A DNA stretch of 64,000 nucleotides, from assembly GCA_965178125.1 (NCBI GenBank), contig OZ237738.1, positions 1,364,001 to 1,428,000 on the forward strand. Direction: 5' to 3'. Under the pieces are notes generated by a model. The model saw only the letters and a program-made list of their open reading frames with translations. It was not told the origin of the DNA and searched no databases. Position numbers and translations under genes: made by a program. This DNA comes from Bilabrum cf. latius (Eukaryota). How positions within the stretch are numbered: the stretch's first letter is position 1; every line of letters starts with the position of its first letter. This document shows, piece after piece, positions 1 to 9,841 of the stretch.

Positions 1-336
1 ATGTTCCGCTACGCTCATGATGCGCATAAGGACGCAACTGCTGTGCACATTGCAGCTGCTTACGGCAGACCGCTGCAGCTGGAGGTCTCCCTGGAGCGCG
101 GCAAGCACGCGGGCGCCCTCGACCTCAAGATGCAGGTGGGAGGCGCAGGGGAAGCGATGACCGCGCTCGAAGCGGCTCGGTTTGGCGGGCATGACGAGTG
201 CGTGAAGCTGCTAGAAGAGGCAGCTAAGGCGGCCAATCCGAAGAAGTAGCGCAAGGCTGCTGGGCGCGGCAAGGCCCGTGCAACCCGCGGCAGGAGCAGG
301 AGCACGAGCAAGGGCAAGCGTGGCCGGAAGTGGTAA
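1..336 (+). CDS. Ankyrin-repeat protein, 3' part (5' end probably outside the window)
   Basis: Ankyrin-like motifs TAVHIAAAYGR and TALEAARFGGHDECVKLLEE. The in-frame TAG at 247-249 is followed by a basic tail (RKAAGRGKARATRGRSRSTSKGKRGRKW) ending at TAA 334-336. Confidence 0.7.
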
Positions 337-570
337 CACCATCGCTCATGGGAATCACCGTAGCATGCGAATGAATCCAGACCTAATGTAGGCCTATGTT
401 GTCATACTCCGATCCGCTCGCATACTATCCAACCAAATTACCTTGGCAACACACCTTACAAATATCAACGAAGGAAAATGCAGAGTTTGTAGTCCCAGCG
501 CTGCCCCTACTAGTGCCGTCGCCAGTCGCAGCTCGTGCGGCGCCATGCTGGCCCGCCACCGGCCAATCAG

Positions 571-3294
571 TCAGGCCGCTATGTTCTGCCGGATGTATGA
601 CGGCACAAAATGGTCAAAAAACCAGGGCCCCGGCGGAGCACCCTCTTCCTGCGGCGGGTCACCACCGCCGAACCCAGCTTCAGCTAGTACCGACATTGAC
701 ATGCGAACCACAGGCTCGTCCCCAAGGCCACCCGAGGAGCGGCTTGCCATCAGGAGCTGCGCAGCAGCAGTCATGTCCACCTTGCCCTGGCCCGGGCCGT
801 CGCCCCCTGTCCCTCCCCCGCCCGGTTTCCCCCTCTCTCCCGGTCCGGCCCGCGGGAGAACAAACACTCGCAGCGAGCCATCGGCACCGGTGCGAGCTCT
901 CTCCTCCTGCTCGTCTCGGCGCCACGGCCTCCCCCCCACGCTGCCCTCCCCTCCTCCAGGTTCCCCACCGGCATCGGGGTCAGGACCCCCCATAGTGGGG
1001 CCAGGCACCAGCGCAGTCACGGGCTCTGGAGGCCTCGACATGGCCCCGCGGCCCGAGTGCCCTTCCCTGTACGGCAGCCGAACCGCCGCACTCGTCAGTT
1101 TCGCGTACCTGAACATCCTCTCACGCCACTCCACGCCCCCGAAGCTGCCCTTGGCACCGACAGCCAGGCTCTCTACGTGCCAGTGCGCCATGAAGGAGCA
1201 CCCGTCCGCGTCGCTGTCGCTCCCACTATACTAATACACATCGGCCGCGGCGGCCACGGCAAGTGCCCGAGCGATCCCTGCGGTACGCCCCTCGGTGGGC
1301 GTCAGTCTGGCACGAATGGTTTCCCGCCGCGGGTGTGCGTCCGCCTTGCCGCTCCGGGGAGCGCACCCCGGCGCGCCCACAGCGTCGGCGCGGCAGCCAT
1401 CGCAGCGGAACTCGGGCAGGATGAGGGTCCTCCCGGACGCCGCCGCGAGAGCGAAGCCGGCCCGCAGGCCCGCCACCTGGACCTTCAAGGAGGCGGATTG
1501 GTTGCCCCCCACGAGCTCGAGGTACCTCCTGCTGCCACCCGTGTAGTAGCCCCCGTCTGACCCAGGTGGCCAGACCCCCCCCTCGAAGGCACCGGCGGGC
1601 TGCGCGCCGATCTTCGAGAGGCCGTCTAGAATGGCCTGCACGGGCTTAGGAGGAGCCAACCGTGGCTGCACCATTCCCTGCGGGATTGCACCGTCGCCGT
1701 CGGCTGTGGGAACAGCACCACGGGAGTGAGGGCTTGGCGGCATGCTATCGAAGAACCAAAGCAGCATTTCCTTGAAGCGGTATATCTTCGCTTCGTTCCC
1801 GTTGACCCAGTTGTTGTGGATCATCAGCGGACACCGCGAGTCTGCTTCGGCCACGGAACTCCCGTTGCTTGATGACGAGTCTGCTGCGGCTGTTTGCCTT
1901 GCAACAGGCCTCGCAGCTCCTGCACTTCCACTCGCCCACCCGCCTCTGAGCAGTCCCAATGCCCGAGTTCCGGATGAGCCTCCGACGGTCGGGCCAGCCA
2001 CCGAGCGCTAGCAATCGAAGATTCCAACGCAACCGTCCCGCAGGCTGCCAGCGCCCACCTCTGCCTCACGCTTGGCGCCCGGCGCCAGAGCCTCGCTACC
2101 CCACGCGTCCCCGTACGTGGGAGCGGCGGCTGCATAGCCGGGGCACGCGCGCACCCAGGCAAATGCTCGGCGCTGCATTTCGCCACCAGCCCTGGCTTCA
2201 AAGTACGTCTTGCCGCACGGGTACCGCCTGTCGTCCAGCACACGGAGGGACAGCTCCTTCCCTCGTACGACGACATCGGAGTCACCGGCGCCGTGGACGT
2301 CCCCGTGTGCCCTCTGGAGAACAATGTTTACCGCCGTCTGGTCGTGCATGGTCCTGTCGGTCGACTCCACAGCGACCCGCACGGACTCTTCCAGGAACGC
2401 TAGGCTCCTGCGACTGGCTCGGGCCAGCATGAAGCCGCTGTTGCGGGACCCGCGATCGTCCTGCATTGCAACATCGGGGAGGATTTCCCGCGCATTCGCG
2501 GGAAGATACGGCACACGGTCATCTCGAAGCGCCAGCGAACCCGCGACATCTTGCAAAAAGACGATGTCCCCGTCCACGATGAGGGCGTCAAGGCCAAAGT
2601 GCACGGCGGCCATCATGATCTCGGTCTTAGTGTTGGCAACGCGCGCAAAGGCGACCGAGCCGAAGGTTCCACTCCCAATGTCTTCGCTCTGTGGGTATTC
2701 CCAGCATTCGTAGGCCCGTCGCAGAGGCGACGAAGCGTTCCCTTCAATTGTGTCAGACCATCGCCCGCCCCTGCCCGGCGGAGAAGTCACCCCTATGCCG
2801 TTCGAAAACCCAGCAAGAGCAGCATGGCGGGCCATGAGCTTGTCCAATTTGTTGCACACGCAAGGTTTCGTGGCAACCACGAGAACGTTATCGTAGCCAA
2901 ACCGCAAAACATTGGTCAGAAGCCCGTTGACCAGCATTGGAAGGTAGCCACCATCACCAACTGTGACCATGACGCTACCTGAGCCCTTACTGGTCCTTCT
3001 CAAGGCATCCCTGAAGGACTCGTCGTGAAAAAGCTTGGATGCTGGCGGAGGTGTGGTCTCTGAGAGGTCGATAGGTTCTGGGAGCGACGGGAGCTCGCTC
3101 AGTTTCTATTGCTCAGGAATGCCATCGACTATTAGCATTTGTGTGCATTCCAGATCATGCTGCAAAAGCACGTCACCATGTTGCAATGCCTTCCATGTCA
3201 GGAATATACATGTAATCGCTGCAATGGAAACGGTTACGACGCATAGTTCTCGCTTCCGGGCAACACTAATCGATCTACAGTGCGATCCTAGCAT
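571..3294 (-). CDS. Type II membrane glycosyltransferase, nucleotide-diphospho-sugar transferase (GT77/XEG113-like), ~907 aa with TAG=Gln
   Basis: ORFs 3106-3387, 2008-3003, 1231-2001 and 571-1191 share one frame, joined by TAG at 3106, 2008 and 1231; final stop TGA at 571. N-terminal TM (LCVVTVSIAAITCIFL), DGD motif, NSGF, DQ and HNNW motifs, and a downstream ALAAASGRTLILP segment. Start ATG 3294 is inferred. Confidence 0.75.
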
Positions 3295-3394
3295 ATCCAC
3301 TAGATGCAAGCTGATACGGCACAAGAAATCGCACTGGAAGGGATCTGATAGACCGCACTGCCAGTGGTGGTTTTGGCCACAATGCAATGCAGTT

Positions 3395-4298
3395 GGGAGG
3401 ATCTGATATTTTCAAAAATCGACTCAAAGGCGCACGCTATCACGAACTCACACCTGCAACGATCTGGAATGAGGGCCCGGGACCTGCCAGGCTTCACGCT
3501 TCAGCTGTGATGGCCAAACGCTGAGCAGTCCAGTGAGGACCCATGCCCCCCAGGCAGGCGGCGGCGTTCACGTTCCCTCCGGCGCCCGCTGCCGGCGGCA
3601 CCCCGTCCTGCTGCCTCTTCTGAGCCAGCCCTGCCTTGACGTTGGTGACCGCCATGGCGTGGTTGTTCCTTTCAGCTGCCCCTACAGCCAGGCTGGCAAA
3701 GTCCATCCCGGACTGCCCTTACGAGCGCCCGTGTGGCCTTCGCTGCAGCCTCCCTCGATCCCTTCGAGACGAGGTCGAGGATCCTTGAGTGGTCCTGCAT
3801 GACCAGTGAGTACACAGTGTGGTACACACGCTGTTCCCCGCGCACGTGGTAAATTGGGGGGATCTGATATTTTGTGGACTCAACTCAAAAGCGCACGCTA
3901 TCACGAAGAAACATCTGGAACGAGGGCCCGGGACCTACCAGACTTCACGCTTCAGCTGCAATGGCCTAAACCACCTAAGCTCCACCCTGGGGACCCATTT
4001 CCCCCTGGGGAGCGTCAGCGTTCACGTTCCCTCCGGCGCCCGCTGCCGGCACCCCGTCCTGCTGCCCGTTCTGAGCCAACCCTGCCTTGACGTTGGCGAT
4101 CGCCACGGCGAGGTTGTTGCTTTCGGCTGCCCCTACAGCCAGGCTGGCAAAGTCCTCCCGGACCGCCCTTGCGAGCGCCCGTTTGGCCTTCGCTGCAGCC
4201 CTCCTCGATCCCTTCGAGACAAAATCGAGGATCCTTGAGTGGTCCTGCATGACCCGTGAGTACATAGTGTGGTACACACGCTGTTCCCCGCGCACGTG
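3395..4298. repeat. Two diverged tandem copies of a ~450-bp unit (~3395-3848 and ~3857-4298)
   Basis: Shared blocks: GGATCTGATATTTT, GCGCACGCTATCACGAA, GAGGGCCCGGGACCT, CGTTCACGTTCCCTCCGGCGCCCGCTGCCGGC, GAGGATCCTTGAGTGGTCCTGCATGACC and GGTACACACGCTGTTCCCCGCGCACGTG. Confidence 0.9.
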
Positions 4299-4449
4299 CT
4301 GGTGCTAGGCGGCAACGGACGTGGTAAATTAACCAACCTATGAAGCGTGTGATCTGGCTAAAATCTGATTTTAAAATATGATACTCGGAGTTGTAATGAC
4401 GCCAAGAATCCGGCTTGAAATAAATACGTTGCAAACGTTGAAACGCACC

Positions 4450-5934
4450 ATGAGAGCAGCCCAAGTGTGTCGGCATACGTTCCGGTTGGTAAATTTGACC
4501 GGGTGCAGGTCGTTGCGCACTTCATCAAGGGCATACATGTCAACAAACCCTTTTGATCGTGCCGAGATGGGCACTCCCGATCCGATTCTGGGGCTATCTG
4601 AGGCCTTCCAAAAGGTACGTGTTGCAATCTCGTTGAACTTGGTTATTAATTGCATGGAATGTTTATAGTGCCCGCCTCTTGCAGCCATGCGGACCGGTCA
4701 TGTCGGGCTGGCAGGCAAGCAGACACGTATCACTGCTCGCAAGGGCCGTTTGCACTTCGCCATCTCCATCGTATTGCAGGACTCGGACCCTCGTAAAGTC
4801 AGTGTGGGTGTTGGTGCGTATCGAGACGATGATGGCAAGCCCTACGTGCTACCGAGCGTCCGCGAGGCTCAGAGGAGGATGGTCGAGAAGGGTCTCAACG
4901 AGGAGTACGCCGGGATCCTGGGGATCCCCACCTTTGTAAGCAAGGCAACGGAGTTCCTGTATGGGCACGACTGCTCTGCCATCAAAGAAAACCGCCTGGC
5001 GGCGTCCCAGGCCCTCTCAGGAACAGGCGCGCTGCGCGTGATGTTTACGTTCCTGCACGACCACCTTGGCGAGCGCGCCGACGGCCAGCCGCACAAGGTC
5101 TACATGCCCAACCCCACCTGGGCAAACCACCTCCCCATCGCTAGGTGCAGCGGACTGGAGCCGGCACAGTACAGCTACTACCACCCGGAGACGGTGGGCC
5201 TGGACTTTGACGGCATGCGCAAGGACCTGGAGGGAGCAGAGGACGGCTCCCTCGTCCTCTTCCACGCCTGCGCGCACAACCCGACGGGGATCGATCCCAC
5301 GCGGGAGCAGTGGTCGGAGATCTCCGACCTGTGCAAGAAGAAGGATTTCTTCGTCCTGTTCGACTCGGCCTACCAGGGCTTCGCCTCGGGCGACGCCGAC
5401 AAGGATGCGTGGGCCGTGCGCGAGTTCGTGAGCCGGGGACACCACATGATGGTGGCGCAGTCCTTCGCCAAGAACTTCGGCCTGTACGGCGAAAGGGTCG
5501 GGACTCTGTCGGCGGTGTGCAAGGACGAGGAGGAGAAGGCTAGGGTGACCGAGGCGCTCAAGCGGACCATCCGTCCCATGTACAGCAACCCGCCCATCTA
5601 CGGGGCCAGGATCGTGGACGAGGTGCTGGGGGACGCCGCGCTGGAGGCACAGTGGAGGGAGGAGTGCAAGGGGATGGCGGATCGGATCGCGAGCATGCGG
5701 CAGGCGCTGAGGTCCAAGCTGGAGGGCCTAGGCACTACGCGGGACTGGTCGCACATCACCTCCTAGATCGGCATGTTCTGCTACAGCGGGCTGGCCCCCG
5801 AGCAGGTGGACCGCCTCCGCGAGGAGTTTCACATCTACATGACCCGCAACGGGCGGATCAGCATGGCCGGTGTGACGAGCAAGAACGTGGACTACATGGC
5901 CGAGAGCATCCACGCCGTCACCGGGGGGCATTGA
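4450..5934 (+). CDS. GOT2: Aspartate aminotransferase, mitochondrial type; exons 4450-4614 and 4780-5934
   Basis: Arg-rich presequence, [36 protein letters not shown] lysine motif [16 protein letters not shown] 5764-5766 lies in HITS*IGMF, followed by the GRISMAG motif and TGA 5932-5934. Intron 4615-4779 (GTACGT...TGCAG). Confidence 0.95.
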
Positions 5935-6413
5935 CTGCCTTTCCTGTTGAAAGACGATCTTAGCTACGTGTTTCGCTTTTGTGCTCAATCCCTCAGGTGT
6001 CGGTATCTGTGAGAGTGGTGGAAGTACTGATGCATGGACACAAGGCGTGGTTGCCAGAGCTTCGAAGCGTAAAGCGAGTTGTTTCTATCACAAGACACGG
6101 CACTGCATGCAGCAGCACACGGCAGAGAAGCAGACATACCACCTTCTTTCATGAAGCGGGCCCTGGCCGACAGCAGCCGCCCAGCACACAGCCGAGCGAG
6201 CCATCATAACCCTGAACCTCAGCTCTCAAGAAGAGATGATGCCGTCACCCTCCCGCGCGCCACAAGCGCTCTAGTCCTGCGTGTGTCCCCGCCAGCTGAT
6301 GCGGTCGCGTCAAGCGGGCCAAAGCACCGCCGTCCACGACCGCCGTCCTCCCCTTGCGAGCGAGCACTAGGCAAGTGCTCTAGTGCTCACTCCACCACGC
6401 GCTGAGGGCGCGC

Positions 6414-7688
6414 TCACTCGTCGTCGGAGCCGGACTCGTCCTCGTCGTCGTCCGAGTCGGAGTCGGCGGCCGCGGCCTGGCGCTGCAGGATGGTGCGGTA
6501 GGCGTCCTTGAGGCGGTTGATCTCCTCCCGGCGCTCGACGGCGGTCCTCTTGGGGGGGTTCTTCTTGGAGGGGTCGTGGGCCACGGCGCCCTTGCGCTGG
6601 GCGCGCTGCTCCTTGCGCTCGGCGGGGGTGCCGGCGGGCATGGCGTGGATGGGCTTGGGGTCGGCCTTGATCTTGTCGAAGAGGCCGCGGAAGTGGCCCT
6701 CGATGCCGTCGGGTCCGATGCCCGCCTCGACGTACTTGGCGAAGTGCTTGGCGTACGTCTCGTCGCCCTTCTGCTCCTTCACGTACTCCATGGCAGCCTT
6801 GACCTGCGCGCCCACGATGCGGGCCACGTGCTCCTCGGCGTTGTACTCGCCGGTCTCAACGTCGTACCCGGGGAAGCGCTTCTCCGAGTGGGGGATGTCC
6901 AGGCCGCCGTCCACGGCGCCCTTGAGGGCACCGAACAGCTTGCAGCCGCGGGTCGCCACCCTGACGCCGATGTCCAGGTAGCAGCGGAAGGGTCGGCTGT
7001 CGTCGTCCAGCTCGGGCACGTAGCAGAGCCTCTTCTTGGTGAAGCGCTCCTCCAGCTTGGGGTACTCCTCGATCTTGGCGGCGATGCGGCGGGGCAGGAT
7101 CGGGTCCTCATCGGTCTCGATCTCGCCGGTGATCTCCTCCACGGGGGCGTACTTCTCATGCAGGCCCATGCCGGCCAGGTGGGGGCTGCACTGGAGCAGG
7201 CGGCGGGCGCACAGCAGGCCGGTGGCGTACGCGGCGGCGTACGACTTGAGGCCGCAGGCGGGCACGCCGTACTTCTTGGGGAACTCGGCGGACGAGGCGT
7301 GGCAGATCACGACATCGTTGGAGATGGTCGAGTACACAACCTGGCAAGTGCAGTACCGGTTCGAGAAGCGCACCACGAGGCGGTACTTGTGCATCCCGTA
7401 CTTGCTCTTGTCGTTCACGACGAGGCGGCGGCGCTGCGCGTAGTCGGTCTTGCCGTCACGGCGGCGGCGATACTTGACCTGGTACCTCTTGAAGTAGGCC
7501 TTGTTCTTGATCACCTTGAAGAATGGCTGCAATGGTTCAAGTAGGGTGGGAGCAGCAATGGCAACAGCTTGAAGACCAAAATGACCCTGTCCTGTCCATA
7601 ACAACAACCATTGAACGAAAGTGGCTGAGCTATACTAAGTAAAAAAAAGAAGTAGCATCGATGTAAGGCCACGAAAGATGCTCACCAT
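6414..7688 (-). CDS. RPL5: 60S ribosomal protein L5 (uL18); exon 1 is the ATG only (7686-7688), exon 2 is 6414-7526
   Basis: KVIKNKAYFKRYQVKYRRRRDGKTDY, AAAYATGLLCARR, GALKGAVDGGLDIPHSEKRFPG. Intron 7527-7685 (GTGAG...TGCAG). TGA stop; no internal TAG. Confidence 0.95.
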
Positions 7689-7836
7689 GCTGTAAACCCC
7701 CTTAACTCTTTAGTGTTGTTCTCGTGGCCAGCAGGATCGGATCGCGAATGGCGATTCGGTTACAACCGCACTAACAGTGGTTCCACTGCCGCACAGATTG
7801 CTGGAGTAGCCACTATCGGAGCAACATGCACCAATT

Positions 7837-9589
7837 ATGAAATCATGTAAGTACTTACCCTACAGCTCCCACTGGATTGCCTCGAGAAACTTATTTGTTC
7901 TTACTATTTCTTGCCCTTGAAAGATCGCAGATGGCTTGTCTGGTCGGTGTGGGTCGATTGATAGATATGAGAAAATAGGAAAGCTGGGAAAAGGAACCTA
8001 TGGTAAGATTTATTTGTTCTATGATTGGGTTTAGGTCGTAATATGGCTTGATTCAACCGTTCTGATGTTTTTAGAACTTGCCATGCATATGTAGGCACCG
8101 TTTACAAGGCCCGGCACAAGGACACAGGCGCACTCGTAGCTCTCAAACGGGTAATTCTGCATAGAGAACACTCAGACGGAGTGAGCACTTCGTCCAATCG
8201 CAGTGGCATGGCACCGCGGGGGCGTCAAGACTGCTTCCAGCCCACGATTTGCACTTGCCGCCCCACTCGCAGTTTCCTCTCACATCGCTACGCGAACTCC
8301 GGTGCATGCGCATTGTCCAGCATCCATGCGTGCCCAGAGTGCTCGAAGTGGCCGTCGGCCGCAAGCGCGAGTCCGTCTTCATCGCGATGGAGCTCTTCGA
8401 CACGGACCTGGCCAAGGTGCTGGACGCCAGGGGGGTGGGCTTCCCGGAGCCGCAGGTGAAGCGCCTCGCCATGCAGCTGCTTGATGCACTGCGGGAGGCT
8501 CACGCGAGGTTCGTGCTTCACAGAGACGTGAAGATGTCTAACCTGCTGTACTCGAGCGGGAAGCTCGGCCTGACCGACTTTGGACTAGCGCGACAGTCTC
8601 CCCGCAAGAGGGGCGCAGACATGTCTCCCGGGGTGGTGACTCTCTGGTACAGGCCCCCAGAGGTGCTGCTGGGGGGAAGGCAGTACGGTCCGGCGGTAGA
8701 CGTGTGGGGCGCGGGCTGCGTGCTAGCCGAGCTCCTCGTGGGCGAGCCTCTTGCTCCGGGGAGGGACGAGGCCCACCAGCTGGCCCTGTACGTCGAGCTG
8801 CTGGGACACCCGGAGTAGGAGGAGGGGGGGGAGGAGGGGGGTAAGGGGGGAGGCTCGGGCATGGGCTGTGGCGTGGGCGCAGCCGTGGGGTCATTGGGGA
8901 TGGCTTCTGGAGAACAGCATGGGAGATCGACTCTGCCATCGACTGCAGCCGTAGGCGGTGCTTGGGCTGGCGGTGGCGCCGGGACTGCAGGCACCACCGC
9001 TGCCGCTGGGTCGGCCGCTGCCCCCAGCGGTCGTGGAATTGGTGGGACAATCACCTCAGGATTGGGTGACGGAGAGGGGTACGGTTGGAGAGGCGCCCTG
9101 GATCTGCCCGCCTATGCCCGCCTCTGGCGCGCGGCGAAGCCCTGGGTGAGCAGGGCGCGGGAGAGGATGGGCACCGGCGGGGCTGGGGCTGGTGCTGGGG
9201 CTGGGGCTGGGGCTGCTGGTGCACAGGTGGGTGAGAAACGAAAAGAGGCCGGAGCTGGCGCTGGTGTGACGAGTGCGGCCTCCATGCTGTACAGGCCCTC
9301 GCTGGAGGTGCTGCTGCGGGGGCACTGCAGCGAAGAGTGCGTGCGGATGCTGCGGGGGCTGCTGCACTGGGACCCTGCCAAGCGGCTGAGCGCGGCGGTG
9401 GCGCTGGATCACCCGTGGTTCTCTGCAGCGCCGCCGGCGTGCCCGCTGGAAGCGATGCCTAGCAGCGAGGTGGCGGCGTCGCTCGGCGGCCTTGGCGCTC
9501 CTGCCTCCAGCGCGGCATCTAGATCCATCGCACGACCCGGTGCTGGAGTCGTCCCATCTAGTCGCATGGATGACGGCGATAATACCTAA
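7837..9589 (+). CDS. Cyclin-dependent kinase, CDK10/CDK11-like; introns 7847-7930, 8003-8094, 8181-8272
   Basis: Spliced frame gives YEKIGKLGKGTYGTVYKA, VALKRV, GFPLTSLRE, HRDVKMSNLL, DFGLAR, VVTLWYRPPE and WDPAKRLSAAVALDHPWF. In-frame TAG at 8816-8818; TAA stop 9587-9589. The first micro-exon is less certain. Confidence 0.85.
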
Positions 9590-9620
9590 GTGCACAAACG
9601 GAATCAGACGGGAGCCTCGG

Positions 9621-9680
9621 GTGAGTGAGTGAGTGAGTGAGTGAGTGAGTGAGTGAGTGAGTGAGTGAGTGAGTGAGTGA
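9621..9680. repeat. (GTGA)n tetranucleotide microsatellite, ~15 copies
   Basis: Perfect repeat visible just after the CDK stop codon. Confidence 0.95.
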
Positions 9681-9841
9681 CGATGAACACCGAATTATGA
9701 TCCGGGATGCGCATTATTTGACCCCGATCGTGACCCTAGTTTCCACAGCGCCTGCAATGGCGAGCCAAGTATGTAGGCGAGGCTTGTTTGGACACATCAC
9801 TTCTTAACTTGCTGCGCCGCGCGCGCCAGCATCTGAGACAT

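Noticed and set aside
5755-5775. TAGs are acceptors of tiny unrecognised introns
   Set aside because: At AAT, IMPDH, Ras and DAHP synthase sites the sequence is collinear with the family motif, with exactly one residue at the TAG and no upstream GT donor.
6508-7544. Long antisense or alternative-frame ORFs (e.g. 6576-7544 +, 28772-29656 -, 38366-39409 +, 41919-42944 +, 53413-54474 -)
   Set aside because: These are shadow ORFs expected opposite GC-rich, codon-biased genes, and they have no recognisable motifs.
7527-7685. snoRNA in the RPL5 intron
   Set aside because: There is only a short inverted repeat (CAATGGTT/AACCATTG) and no clear C/D or H/ACA boxes; an Rfam scan would be needed.
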